This document shows positions 36,046-45,726 of a stretch of DNA of 64,000 bases, piece by piece. The stretch's first letter is position 1; every line of letters starts with the position of its first letter. The stretch is taken from the IMG/VR virus record IMGVR_UViG_3300035670_000027, one strand, 5' to 3'. The notes below the pieces were generated by a model that made no database searches, was not told the origin of the DNA, and was given only the letters and a program-made list of their open reading frames with translations. Source of the DNA: a virus. The position numbers and the translations under genes are program-made.

Positions 36046-36320
36046 TTGGCGATTTCCTTTGCATCTGTTTCAATCACTTGTTTTTGCGCTGGCATAGGGA
36101 TTGCACCCCAAACGCCTTGTGCGCCATTACGAATCTTGCCAGCAAGATAATTAACATTGTCGCCTTTCGTTTTGTACTTTGCAGAGATATCTTTGAATGC
36201 AGGACCAACAATCTTCTTCTCTACATTGTGACATGCCACACAACCATACTTCTTAACTAGGTCTTCGCTGGCATAGATTGACGGTGAAACTAAAAGTAAA
36301 GCAAGTAAAAGTTTTTTCAT
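36027..36320 (-). CDS. class I cytochrome c (c551/c552-like)
   Basis: Sec signal, CVACH heme motif, VGPAF, GVWGAIPMP axial Met. Confidence 0.92.
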   Translation of the reverse strand: MKKLLLALLLVSPSIYASEDLVKKYGCVACHNVEKKIVGPAFKDISAKYKTKGDNVNYLAGKIRNGAQGVWGAIPMPAQKQVIETDAKEIAKWILTK

Positions 36321-36329
36321 ACTGCCTCC

Positions 36330-36593
36330 TTATTTGATAACTTGAGTATATAGTTCCTCAAGGTCAGAGATTTCTGTGGTCACTTCAGCGAGGTTCTGCT
36401 TGTGATAGATTCGTGCCATCTTTGCAATGTACTTCTTTGGCACACCAACTTGGTCGTGCAAATTCACAATTGCTTCTTTGATGAAATCTTTCTCTGAATC
36501 GATTCGTGTCATTGATGCATCGATTTCACGAATACAATCTGCAATCTTTTTCTTGTCTGCTTCACTTGTTGGAATAACAATATTGGTACTCAT
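36330..36593 (-). CDS. dsbA: T4 DsbA-like dsDNA-binding protein
   Basis: size and MARIYHKQN...EELY pattern resemble T4 DsbA. Confidence 0.7.
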   Translation of the reverse strand: MSTNIVIPTSEADKKKIADCIREIDASMTRIDSEKDFIKEAIVNLHDQVGVPKKYIAKMARIYHKQNLAEVTTEISDLEELYTQVIK

Positions 36594-36595
36594 AA

Positions 36596-37264
36596 TTAAG
36601 CCTCGTAGCGTGAACCTGCCTCAGTTGCAATCCAATATTCAATTGGGTCTTTCTTCGATTTGAAGTGTGAGATACCTTTAGAAGAAATCTTCACATCATA
36701 GTCGCCAGGAATCATTTTGAGATTCTCTGTGACAAAGATCATCTGAAAGTCTGCATCGGTGTCACCAACATCAATAGAGAATACATCTGAATCGCCATTC
36801 TTCACATCAAGACAAACGATAGAGATTTTTTTGCGGTTGCCACGAACTGCAATGTTGGGCAAGCCAAGAACACCTGCAAGTTTGAGAACCTGATTCAAAT
36901 CGTCTTTTGTGAGTGTGAAATTCACTTCGGCGTTTTTCACATCTAGGTCTTTATCTGGTGGTGCAACAACCATAGATTCATCAGAGAGACCATAGGTGGT
37001 GCTAGAAGTTCCGGCGGTGATTTTCAAAGTCTTGTCATTGACTTTTACATCTGGATCCTTTAGAGAGGTCAACAATGCAAGCAAACGATTGAGATCATAG
37101 ATTGCAAAGTCTTTGTCAAAGGATTCTGTTACGGTTGCTTTCGCCATAACATTTTGTTGTTTACTGATAGTGCGTAGAGTGCTACCAGTCTTGAAAACGA
37201 TTCCTTGATTGATTGTAGAAAAGTTTTTCAAAACATTCAAGGTTGATTCACTTAGTTTCATCAT
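36596..37264 (-). CDS. gp45: sliding clamp
   Basis: MKLSESTLNVLKNFSTINQ, FAIYDL, YWIATE. Confidence 0.95.
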   Translation of the reverse strand: MMKLSESTLNVLKNFSTINQGIVFKTGSTLRTISKQQNVMAKATVTESFDKDFAIYDLNRLLALLTSLKDPDVKVNDKTLKITAGTSSTTYGLSDESMVVAPPDKDLDVKNAEVNFTLTKDDLNQVLKLAGVLGLPNIAVRGNRKKISIVCLDVKNGDSDVFSIDVGDTDADFQMIFVTENLKMIPGDYDVKISSKGISHFKSKKDPIEYWIATEAGSRYEA

Positions 37265-37538
37265 TACTTACTCCTTCATATAGGTCATGTACATAGAGCA
37301 TAATCATAGCATAGTGTAAGACTTTTAGCAAGTCTTTTCGGTTCTTTCCTTCTTTCTTACCATATCTCTGAGCATACTTGATGATGTTGCCACGACAGAA
37401 TCCAATACCATCTCCATTATCGATAATGAATTCTGTGGTTTGAAATTTGCTCTGAGAATAATGTTCACCATATGTCTTATCAATGTACTCTTTCAATTCG
37501 TTGATAAGTGCCGCTTCATTATATTTGTAGTCAATCAT
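37248..37538 (-). CDS. DUF3310-like (nucleotide-kinase-associated) small protein
   Basis: HY...GFCRGNIIKY..RYGKK...DLLK. Confidence 0.7.
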   Translation of the reverse strand: MIDYKYNEAALINELKEYIDKTYGEHYSQSKFQTTEFIIDNGDGIGFCRGNIIKYAQRYGKKEGKNRKDLLKVLHYAMIMLYVHDLYEGVSNDETK

Positions 37539-37554
37539 AATATAAAATCCTCAA

Positions 37555-38511
37555 TTACTTTTTGGGAGAATCTACACTCGCAGTTGGTGATGCGCCAACT
37601 GCCGCAAGTGCTGAAAGAGAACCGCCAAAAATGTATGTACCAGTGTGCTTGAGTTTAACCCATGGTAGCATCCAAATGTGACCACCTGCTTTACGCAAGT
37701 ACTGGCAGAACATATAGTCTTCAGATAGATAACGCTTGGAAGATTCTGGCTCTCTTGAAAGATACTCTGCCGCTCTCGCTTTGATTTCTTCAGTATCTTT
37801 ACCTTCGGCTAAATCTTCTAGCACCTTGTGCATGTCATCAAAAGTGTAACCACGATCAATGACACAATCAAAGTAAGTCATGATTTCACGGGTGCCATCA
37901 AAGTTCTTTGTGCGAACATGGTCTGGTTTGTATGAGAAGTTTGGATATGCTTCATCCATCAATTCAAATGCTTCACGCTTGATCATCATGAAACCAGTAC
38001 CACCTTCTTTCACTTCAACTGGTTCATCAACTTTGAATGATGTGATATGATCAGCAGGATTGAAAACATAATCACCAACAAACTCTTCAAGCATCATTGG
38101 ATTCTTATCTGCAAATCCTTTATCGACTGCTTGCTTGATCTTCTCCCAAGAAATTGCTTTCTTTGGATATGGACCGCAGACAACATCCATTTGCTTACCA
38201 TTGTAACCATTGGTAAGAAAGTGTGACATAACAAGAATGTCATGGGCTTCGAAATGAATGTCACTATCGATAAAGAGCAAATAGTCATAACCGCTTCGCA
38301 GAAATTCATCTGCCAAGTAGTTTCTTGCTCTGGTGATTAGGGATTCGTTAAACATGAAAAAGAGTTTGGCATCGATTTGATGCTTGGTTGCCAAGATCAT
38401 AAAGTCTGTAAGTGCTTTGGTATATGAACCATAACACATACCGCCATACATTGGCGAGGCAATAAAGATTTTCTTTTCACGCAATTGTTGGATGTTCAAT
38501 TCAAGTTGCAT
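37555..38511 (-). CDS. GT-A fold glycosyltransferase-like protein
   Basis: ESLITRARN, FIDSD, GTGFMMI, LSEDYMFC, LKHTG. Confidence 0.75.
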   Translation of the reverse strand: MQLELNIQQLREKKIFIASPMYGGMCYGSYTKALTDFMILATKHQIDAKLFFMFNESLITRARNYLADEFLRSGYDYLLFIDSDIHFEAHDILVMSHFLTNGYNGKQMDVVCGPYPKKAISWEKIKQAVDKGFADKNPMMLEEFVGDYVFNPADHITSFKVDEPVEVKEGGTGFMMIKREAFELMDEAYPNFSYKPDHVRTKNFDGTREIMTYFDCVIDRGYTFDDMHKVLEDLAEGKDTEEIKARAAEYLSREPESSKRYLSEDYMFCQYLRKAGGHIWMLPWVKLKHTGTYIFGGSLSALAAVGASPTASVDSPKK

Positions 38512-38544
38512 ATGTTCTCCATTATAAGGGAATGATAAGTGTTT

Positions 38545-38552
38545 TATTTATA
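38545..38552 (-). promoter_or_regulatory. late promoter TATAAATA
   Basis: exact octamer just after a terminator and before ATG 38511. Confidence 0.7.
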
Positions 38553-38557
38553 TATGC

Positions 38558-38587
38558 GAAAAGAGGTCGCATTTAACGACCTCTTTC
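38558..38587 (-). terminator. intrinsic terminator after the AAA gene
   Basis: AAAGAGGTCG-N7-CGACCTCTTT. Confidence 0.7.
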
Positions 38588-38602
38588 AATTAGTACCGCA
38601 GA

Positions 38603-39781
38603 TTAGAACGGAATTTCTTCTTCGTTTTTCACTTCGGCAGTTTCTACCGGAGCGGCGGTAGGATCGATACCAGCATCAATCTTGGTGTAGAGATCAAGGA
38701 AAGAAGTCTTGGTCTCGCCATCGAATCGATTGATACAGTACTGAATCGCATCCATTTTATCACCAAAGATTGTATATGCTTCGGCAATGTGGACAAGACG
38801 GCGAGTAGAAATCAATTCGTCAATCGCACCTTCTTCGAAAGTCTTACGAATGATATCAGCCCACTTCACAAGATTTGTGGCAAACTCTTCATCTTGAATG
38901 CTAAGACTGGCGAACACTTTCTTGAGAATCTTGGTCTCAATAGAAGTGGAAGGATATTCTTGCTCGACTGTAATCGGGAATCGCTCAAGGAAGGCATCAT
39001 CAAGAATCGTAGCCGCCATGTAACGACCAGTCTCATCACCTTTACCCTTGGTGTTAGCGGTAGCGATAATGTTGAAACCATCAACGGGATCGACAAACTC
39101 ACCAGTCTTCTTAATCAGAATACCTTTGCCTTCAAGGATACCTTGCAGACACATAAGTTTGTTAGAGCCACGATCAATCTCATCAAGCACAAGGACAGAG
39201 CCACGCTTCATTGCTTGGATAACAGGACCGTCAAACCATTTGGTCTCACCATCAATCAAACGGAAGCCACCAACAAGATCATCCTCATCGGTCTCAGGTG
39301 AAATGTTCACACGGAGAAACTCTCGCTTGGTTTGGGCACAGGCTTGTTCGACCATGAAAGTCTTGCCGTTACCAGACAGACCAGAAACGAATACAGGATA
39401 GAACCGCTTGCTATTCACAATGGCTTTCATCTTGTCAAAGAAACCAAACGCAACATATAGAGGATTCACTTTAGGAATCACGGCGCCTTCTTCGACACGA
39501 CCAACAGTAGAAATTTTTGCAACAGGTTTTTGAACAACCGGTGCGGGAGTTTGTTTAGGCATCTCAACAACATTCGATCCAAGGTTGAGGTCGATACCGA
39601 ATTCTGCGAGGGGCAATTCATACTTGCCACGACCAACTCGGTATTTATCGTTTTCAATCCAGAAGTGGCGACTGAACCCTTCGCTAGAAAGGTCAACCAA
39701 TTGCTGGCGGGTCACTACATTACCATAACGCTTTGCGGCTTCGGTCAAGAAGGCAACTTTTTCGGTCTGGCTAATCATCAC
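38603..39781 (-). CDS. MoxR/CobS-like AAA+ ATPase
   Basis: GLSGNGKT, LVLDEID, TANTKG, AFLERF, ISTRR. Confidence 0.9.
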   Translation of the reverse strand: MMISQTEKVAFLTEAAKRYGNVVTRQQLVDLSSEGFSRHFWIENDKYRVGRGKYELPLAEFGIDLNLGSNVVEMPKQTPAPVVQKPVAKISTVGRVEEGAVIPKVNPLYVAFGFFDKMKAIVNSKRFYPVFVSGLSGNGKTFMVEQACAQTKREFLRVNISPETDEDDLVGGFRLIDGETKWFDGPVIQAMKRGSVLVLDEIDRGSNKLMCLQGILEGKGILIKKTGEFVDPVDGFNIIATANTKGKGDETGRYMAATILDDAFLERFPITVEQEYPSTSIETKILKKVFASLSIQDEEFATNLVKWADIIRKTFEEGAIDELISTRRLVHIAEAYTIFGDKMDAIQYCINRFDGETKTSFLDLYTKIDAGIDPTAAPVETAEVKNEEEIPF

Positions 39782-39813
39782 AAATTTCCTTTCATCATCA
39801 AGTCAATAAACAT

Positions 39814-39842
39814 AGTATACCAAAGAAGTGGTGGTATGTCAA
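39814..39842 (-). promoter_or_regulatory. sigma70-like early promoter
   Basis: TTGACA-17-TATACT with extended TG. Confidence 0.85.
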
Positions 39843-42034
39843 GCGATTTCTTCAATTACTTTGGACAGTAGCACTCGGTTGGTCAAGCGGTTCTGATTCA
39901 TCTTAAGAAACGCACCCCTAAGTTTGCGAGTACTCACTTCTTTGTTGTCATCTCCCAACAAGTCATTCAAGTCTTCATCTTCAACATTCAATTCTTTGCC
40001 ACCAGGAATCAGAAAATACTGATTGTATCCATAGTTAGGAATCGAATAGAATTTTTCACTCTTGAAAGATTTGTAATCACTATCAGGAACAAACATACCA
40101 AAGCGGCGCATTGCATCAAAGAAGTAACGCTTGGTCGCTGGCAGAATGTAAAAGCCAATCAGATTACAACCGGTGCGGTCTTTAAGAATCTGCAACAGTA
40201 CAGGCGTCACACCATTGTCACCGATACGGTACCGCTTTTGTGTTTGCTTATCTTGAATATAAGAAACAGAGTACCGAGTAGGAGCCGCAATGCGAATCGA
40301 ACTGTAATAGTCTTCACCTTTGGTGTAGAGAGAACTGCTATCATCACCGTCAGTCAAAAAGACAACATCAACAATTTCTGCTTTGTGCGATTTGCGAAAA
40401 CGATTCACGATACCGCTTGCGGCATAGATTGTTGCATTCAGCGGAGTACCACCAAGACCCATGTTAGGATTTATGGCACTATTCCGCTTGTAGTAATCAA
40501 GAATAAACTCACCATAATTCAACATGTCATTCGCCATACGGCGATACTCTTGATTCTTCATGCGGCTGGAAAAGAGATTCAACAAAACAAATTGCTCACC
40601 GAAAGTAATGTCACCAGTCTTTTCGCTGAAAGGAGTAACACGCTTGCGGAAACCATTTTCATCTATTTGAATATCACGCTTAACATATTCAGTAGAGAAT
40701 GCATACACTTCAAAAGGAACATTCACTTTGCGGCAGAAGGTTGTGAGAGTAATCAACTGCTCAATGGTGCCTTGCATGTTATCAGTCATAGAACCAGACC
40801 AGTCAAGGAACATCACAATGCCGTGATTCTTACCAGCGGCTACTGAACCGACCTTGCGGAAGATATTGTCATTGAATTTGTATGTGTGAAGTTTGTTGGT
40901 ATCGATAACACCAGTATCAGACACAACCACACGGCGCAACTCAGCCGCTTTCTTACGCATCTCAAATTCTTTGACAAGATACGAAACTGAATTCTTTGTT
41001 TTCTTTTCGAATTCAATCAGCATATCGTTTTTGTAATCTTCATGCTTTTCAAGAAACACTTGACCAACAAGGTCTTTGAAAGGCACAATTAATTTTGCGT
41101 AATTTACGCATTCATCACAACCAGACAAAGGACCATTGTGAATCTCTTTTTGCTCTGCCATGTTGCGTAGAGCATTTTCAAGATTCTCATCGGTAGAAGA
41201 TTTCACTTCATCATATTCTTTCAATTCTTCTGGTTGATGATCTTCGAATTGTGGCTCTTGACTACGATAGCCACGACCTTCGGTGCTATCATCAAAATCA
41301 TCTTCATCAGAATCAACCATGTCTGGATTCAGACTTTCGGCTTCATCTTGAAATGGATCATCGAAATCATCCATGTCATCCATGTCCATCTCATCATCAA
41401 ATTCGCCAGCGGCAAGTTTCTCTTTGAATTCTTGCATGGCTTCTTCACGCTTTTTTTCTAATTCTTCTTTACAGTAGGCATACAATTCTTTGCACACGGC
41501 AACAACATCATCAAAGGTTTCGCATGAGGAAACTTTTTTGACAAGGGCTTGCTCTTCAGGTGTGAAGTCTACAGTAAAGAAAGGACCGATCTTAAAGTAA
41601 AGATTGATTCGGTCAATGAGTAACATGCGATTTACATCCTTGTTTTTCACTTGGAAGAAATCACGATTCATAAATTCTTTGTAACCAACATTGAATGATT
41701 TTTTGAGACCAGGATAGCGGTCTTTGATGCGCCGTTCAATACGGGCATCTTCAACAACATTCAGGAATGTTTTGAACCCCTTAGGCATATCTGCTTGAAC
41801 AGAACCGTAGTCTGTCGGAGTATCAATCGCATGACCGACTTCGTGACCAATGAACAGGTCTTCCATATCGGTAGTCATATCGTTAAGTAGGGGAAGAACC
41901 AGAGTCCGTGTCGCAACATTGAATGATGCCGTATCAGTCTTGCGGTATTCAACATTGATATTTTCGGTGGCTAAGAGTTTAGCCAGATTAGATTTGGTAA
42001 TTTGCGTGGTTTGCATCATTGCCCTTTCGATCAC
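39839..42034 (-). CDS. HEXXH metallopeptidase-like + VWA (CobT-like) protein
   Basis: HEVGH, NVVEDARIE, acidic linker, DWSGSM MIDAS, GGTPL, LTDG. Confidence 0.85.
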   Translation of the reverse strand: MIERAMMQTTQITKSNLAKLLATENINVEYRKTDTASFNVATRTLVLPLLNDMTTDMEDLFIGHEVGHAIDTPTDYGSVQADMPKGFKTFLNVVEDARIERRIKDRYPGLKKSFNVGYKEFMNRDFFQVKNKDVNRMLLIDRINLYFKIGPFFTVDFTPEEQALVKKVSSCETFDDVVAVCKELYAYCKEELEKKREEAMQEFKEKLAAGEFDDEMDMDDMDDFDDPFQDEAESLNPDMVDSDEDDFDDSTEGRGYRSQEPQFEDHQPEELKEYDEVKSSTDENLENALRNMAEQKEIHNGPLSGCDECVNYAKLIVPFKDLVGQVFLEKHEDYKNDMLIEFEKKTKNSVSYLVKEFEMRKKAAELRRVVVSDTGVIDTNKLHTYKFNDNIFRKVGSVAAGKNHGIVMFLDWSGSMTDNMQGTIEQLITLTTFCRKVNVPFEVYAFSTEYVKRDIQIDENGFRKRVTPFSEKTGDITFGEQFVLLNLFSSRMKNQEYRRMANDMLNYGEFILDYYKRNSAINPNMGLGGTPLNATIYAASGIVNRFRKSHKAEIVDVVFLTDGDDSSSLYTKGEDYYSSIRIAAPTRYSVSYIQDKQTQKRYRIGDNGVTPVLLQILKDRTGCNLIGFYILPATKRYFFDAMRRFGMFVPDSDYKSFKSEKFYSIPNYGYNQYFLIPGGKELNVEDEDLNDLLGDDNKEVSTRKLRGAFLKMNQNRLTNRVLLSKVIEEIA

Positions 42035-42041
42035 AGACTAT

Positions 42042-42070
42042 ATAGTAACATAACTTTTCGGCAATGTCAA
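42042..42070 (-). promoter_or_regulatory. sigma70-like early promoter
   Basis: TTGACA-17-TACTAT with extended TG. Confidence 0.8.
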
Positions 42071-42411
42071 GCGACTGCTACCGCTTCATCAATCAACTTG
42101 ATGCGAGGATCAGTCGGATCAATCTCTTCAAGTACCATTCGCTCTTCCATCATATTGCCAACATCAGCACCAATGTAGGGGTTAGCAGGTTTTGCTTTCG
42201 GTTTGAATTCGCTCAAAGGCTTCCAAGATATCTTGCGAAAGAACCAGTCAGGCACCGTGACTTTGACTTCGAAATTCTTGCCGATGAATTTCACTTGAGC
42301 CACAGAGAGTGGCATCCAAGATTCAAGTCCATCCTTCACAACCAGAATTGCTTTATCGGTTTTTGCTTTTGAGGTACCGATAATATTGTAGTAGGCAATG
42401 GTGCGACCCAT
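42067..42411 (-). CDS. early hypothetical protein
   Basis: 114 aa; TDKA...WMPLS pattern; TAATG coupling. Confidence 0.6.
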   Translation of the reverse strand: MGRTIAYYNIIGTSKAKTDKAILVVKDGLESWMPLSVAQVKFIGKNFEVKVTVPDWFFRKISWKPLSEFKPKAKPANPYIGADVGNMMEERMVLEEIDPTDPRIKLIDEAVAVA

Positions 42412-42722
42412 TATACACTCTCCTTCATATCGATAGGATCGAAACCGTAGGGCGCTACGACCCAGGTTTCACCAGTATAGACATTTTGAATAATGTCGCC
42501 AACAGAGATGGAATGCATCTCACCGATGATGGCGATGGAATTGCGATCTTCTTCAACTACGAAATTGCCGATGCGAAAAACTTCATCCAAGGTGTTAGCC
42601 TTAACGGCGGCGACAAATTCGTATTCATCGGACATGGCTTCAATCTCATAGGACTTCATGAAATACATGTCACGAATTTTGGGGTTGCTTTCGGGCAACT
42701 GGTAGACGGCGAACTCTTTCAT
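42411..42722 (-). CDS. YodL-like early protein
   Basis: FAVYQL...LDEVF...HSISVGDII...GF; AAGGAG RBS before MKEF. Confidence 0.6.
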   Translation of the reverse strand: MKEFAVYQLPESNPKIRDMYFMKSYEIEAMSDEYEFVAAVKANTLDEVFRIGNFVVEEDRNSIAIIGEMHSISVGDIIQNVYTGETWVVAPYGFDPIDMKESV

Positions 42723-42752
42723 TGCTTGCTCCTTATCAATCACTATAGATAC

Positions 42753-42780
42753 AGTATACCATAGTGACGGAGGAAGTCAA
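42753..42780 (-). promoter_or_regulatory. sigma70-like early promoter
   Basis: TTGACT-16-TATACT with extended TG. Confidence 0.7.
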
Positions 42781-42816
42781 CAACTTTTTTCGGATTTGTT
42801 GCAGAAAAGCAACATG

Positions 42817-42840
42817 AAAAAACCCTTGTCTAGCAAGGGG
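42817..42840 (-). terminator. intrinsic terminator
   Basis: CCCTTG-CTAGA-CAAGGG followed by TTTTTT. Confidence 0.7.
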
Positions 42841-42860
42841 TTGAGGTTAGTTAGTACTCA

Positions 42861-43499
42861 CTAATTAAGATCAACTTCAACTTTGATGTTTCCCGATACC
42901 GAAATACGATAATCATCGGAAGTAAAAAATGGATATACGCAATGGGCTAATGACGATGGAAACAGTACTCCTGAATTTTCAAAGTTTTTATCGGCTGGAA
43001 TTTTATGCGGTTGAAGTCTGCCCAAAGAATTAGTAAGCATAAATTCAAAATGACCGGGACAATTGTTGTTAGATTCTTTAGATGCTGGTCTTGCCATTTC
43101 ATCTTTTATATCATAAGGATTTTGTATCCATATAACAAAAGAAAAAAGTCCTGAGTGAAGATGATATGGATTGAATTCGTGTTTTTTTTGAAAATTAACC
43201 CATAAAGAATCTAAAATTAAAGGACAGTTTTTAGTTAAAATATTAATTGTTTTTAAATAGTTAAATTGTTCATCGAATTTTATGGCGATTGGAAGAATAA
43301 GATTTTGTGCATAATTTTTAGATTCAACTAATTTAAATTGTTTTTCAATATTTCCTGCCAACTGAGAATTATATTGAATTCCATTAAAATTTTTTTTTTG
43401 AATTTTATTTATTTCATTTTTAATAGGAAGAAGTTCTTCTTCAGTAAAAGAAATATAACTATATCCAATATTTGGAAAATAAATTTGTTCTATGTTCAT
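42861..43499 (-). CDS. 2OG-Fe(II) oxygenase (AT-rich)
   Basis: WVNFQ..EFNPYHLH, FPS.L.HCVYPF, RISVSGN. Confidence 0.8.
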   Translation of the reverse strand: MNIEQIYFPNIGYSYISFTEEELLPIKNEINKIQKKNFNGIQYNSQLAGNIEKQFKLVESKNYAQNLILPIAIKFDEQFNYLKTINILTKNCPLILDSLWVNFQKKHEFNPYHLHSGLFSFVIWIQNPYDIKDEMARPASKESNNNCPGHFEFMLTNSLGRLQPHKIPADKNFENSGVLFPSSLAHCVYPFFTSDDYRISVSGNIKVEVDLN

Positions 43500-45061
43500 G
43501 GTTTATAAAAAACAAAAATAGGTTCGTACTTGAGCCACATGCCATTGACCTTACAGAAATTCTTTGCCTTTGGTAGACCTGTATCAGGATCAATGCGATT
43601 ACCGCCAGGCATTTGTGCGAGTGACATTTTCAAAACGCCTTTGTACTTCATACCTAACTCTTCAAGAATTTTTCTACTGTCTTCTTCAAGTGGTAGAATG
43701 TCTGCACCAAACTTCGCATCAGCGATGTTCCACAATAGATAACGATCATTGCGTAACCATTCAACGGCAGTCTCCAGCGTTGGGCGTAAGAAACCCTCAC
43801 GCCATGCATCATAGCCTGTGAATTTTTTATAAGATTGTGTAGGGTCTTCACTATAAGCCTCCTTCGCAAAGTAAGGGGGTGAAGTAAACACCATGTCTAG
43901 TAAACCTTTGTACTCCTGAAAGTTCCTGTCTTCTCTAATGACTTCAGAACCCAATTGATATATGTCGAAAGTATGGGCGCTTTCAAACAAAACTCCAGAG
44001 TTCTTTGAGGCATTATAGAAATTAGCCAGATCGGCATACTTAGTAGAAGAAACGCCACCAGTCCCATTAATAGTATGGTCGGTGTTAGGATCAGTACCGA
44101 CATAATGAAGAGGAAGAGAAGTCCGAGTAGACATAGCACCGAGAATGCGACCACCCCAACCACTAGAGGGATCGTAAACCACAATTCTATCTTGTCCTGT
44201 AATGTGCTTAGTGAATTTTTCATATAAGAATTTTGCAGTTAATGGAGGAAAGTTTACGGCATACTGACACCACGAAACACGAAATGCTTTTAGTCCCAAA
44301 GGAAAAAGTTTCTGTCCGTATTTATAGTAACGAATGCGATACTTCGATTGCTTTGCTTGAATGTTCTTTGTTGTAGTCTCTGCACACTTGCTGAGATCAG
44401 ATATCTCAAGATACTTGGCACTCTTTAGTTCTTCATTGTAGCCAGTGTATTCGTCTTCTTCATCTCTTGATTCGATCCAGTAGTCATATCCATACTCACG
44501 CAGGTTGTTTGATTCGAACCACTCAACAAACTCATCTCCAGTTTTAAACTTCCGCTTGTGGGATCCAATCTGCACAACTTCACCGACTTTGATTGTACTA
44601 GAGTAGTGATAAAACGAATCACGCTTGTAATGTCTTCTTGCATATTTAAGTGTCTTTTCTAAAAGGTCATCACGAACAAAATGGTCATAGATTGAAAGCC
44701 CGTCATCGTTCTTGGTATAGTTGATGCGAGTTTTCATCATAGTAGGAAACCATTGATTAGCGGCATTGCCTACTACGCTTGTGTTACGAATTACATCTTT
44801 CTCGCCTGTGAGTTCATCAATTTGTTCAAACTCATGTACAGGAAAGCCATACATCTCTCTAAACTGTTTTCGAATATCGTCTTCATCCCAACCGACTCTT
44901 GGAGGTTGACCAAGTTCATCCCACGCATACACAACCGCTTTGCGTAGATCAATAAACCATTGTCTGAATTCATCATCATTCATCCATTGAATTTGTTCAA
45001 ATGTCTTGTTCGTTTCGTGATTGAGTAACCAATCATTGCGTTCATAAAAATGTTTTGTCAT
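43496..45061 (-). CDS. SAM-dependent amino-methyltransferase-like DNA modification enzyme
   Basis: YDPSSGWGGR (motif I), GTDPN, FTSPPYF (motif IV), EPIFVF. Confidence 0.75.
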   Translation of the reverse strand: MTKHFYERNDWLLNHETNKTFEQIQWMNDDEFRQWFIDLRKAVVYAWDELGQPPRVGWDEDDIRKQFREMYGFPVHEFEQIDELTGEKDVIRNTSVVGNAANQWFPTMMKTRINYTKNDDGLSIYDHFVRDDLLEKTLKYARRHYKRDSFYHYSSTIKVGEVVQIGSHKRKFKTGDEFVEWFESNNLREYGYDYWIESRDEEDEYTGYNEELKSAKYLEISDLSKCAETTTKNIQAKQSKYRIRYYKYGQKLFPLGLKAFRVSWCQYAVNFPPLTAKFLYEKFTKHITGQDRIVVYDPSSGWGGRILGAMSTRTSLPLHYVGTDPNTDHTINGTGGVSSTKYADLANFYNASKNSGVLFESAHTFDIYQLGSEVIREDRNFQEYKGLLDMVFTSPPYFAKEAYSEDPTQSYKKFTGYDAWREGFLRPTLETAVEWLRNDRYLLWNIADAKFGADILPLEEDSRKILEELGMKYKGVLKMSLAQMPGGNRIDPDTGLPKAKNFCKVNGMWLKYEPIFVFYKP

Positions 45062-45708
45062 GTTAATTTACACCTAAATAAAATACTATGCCTATAAACA
45101 TAAGGAATTAAAGGGGCTCTTGCTTTGTGTAAAATGTTTCCATCAAAGTATAATACTCTTCCAGGAACATATTCAATTAATTTTGAATCAGTCGCATTTT
45201 CATTTTCTAAATACTCAAATTCTCCGCCCCATTCTTTCTCCCAATAAGAGGTAGTGTATATCATTACACTTTTTATATTTCCATCACGATGATAACTTCC
45301 TTCCATTGACATAACTTGCATGTTTGTGTGAATACTGATCAATTCAAAATTTTTTTTAATGACATTATTAGCAATGTGGGTAAATGCTTCCATAAAAATT
45401 ATTGGACATTTACTTTCGTAAATATATTTACCTTTTTTTTCAAAAATGACATTCCCTAAAATGTTGTGTGTGCCTTGAGTTCCATACGGAAAAGTTTTTC
45501 TGTTTGCTATATTATTTGGAAAATTAGGAATTTTTTCCGCCTCTTCATTTAACTCTAAAATATATTTTCTATCGAAAACATTATCAAAAATTTCTAAAGA
45601 ATAATTTTTCATAATATTAATGTCTTTAAAACTCCGTATGTGATACCTACTATCGTTATACCTATTATCAATGCCGACATGAGCAATATTCCAAGTATTG
45701 TCATCCAA
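45058..45708 (-). CDS. 2OG-Fe(II) oxygenase (AT-rich; true start may be MKNYS near 45610)
   Basis: YHRD, WEKEWGGE, PGRVLYFDG.I.H, R. Confidence 0.75.
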   Translation of the reverse strand: MDDNTWNIAHVGIDNRYNDSRYHIRSFKDINIMKNYSLEIFDNVFDRKYILELNEEAEKIPNFPNNIANRKTFPYGTQGTHNILGNVIFEKKGKYIYESKCPIIFMEAFTHIANNVIKKNFELISIHTNMQVMSMEGSYHRDGNIKSVMIYTTSYWEKEWGGEFEYLENENATDSKLIEYVPGRVLYFDGNILHKARAPLIPYVYRHSILFRCKLT

Positions 45709-45726
45709 GAAATGTAGAGTAAAAGT

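Noticed and set aside
38603-42034. Cobalamin biosynthesis (cobS/cobT) as a metabolic auxiliary pathway
   Set aside because: There is no CobN or other cob gene, so a MoxR AAA/VWA chaperone pair is the simpler reading.
42737-42756. Second LexA box at the early promoter (TACTGTATCTATAGTGATTG)
   Set aside because: Only one CTGT half-site is present; the ACAG half is missing.
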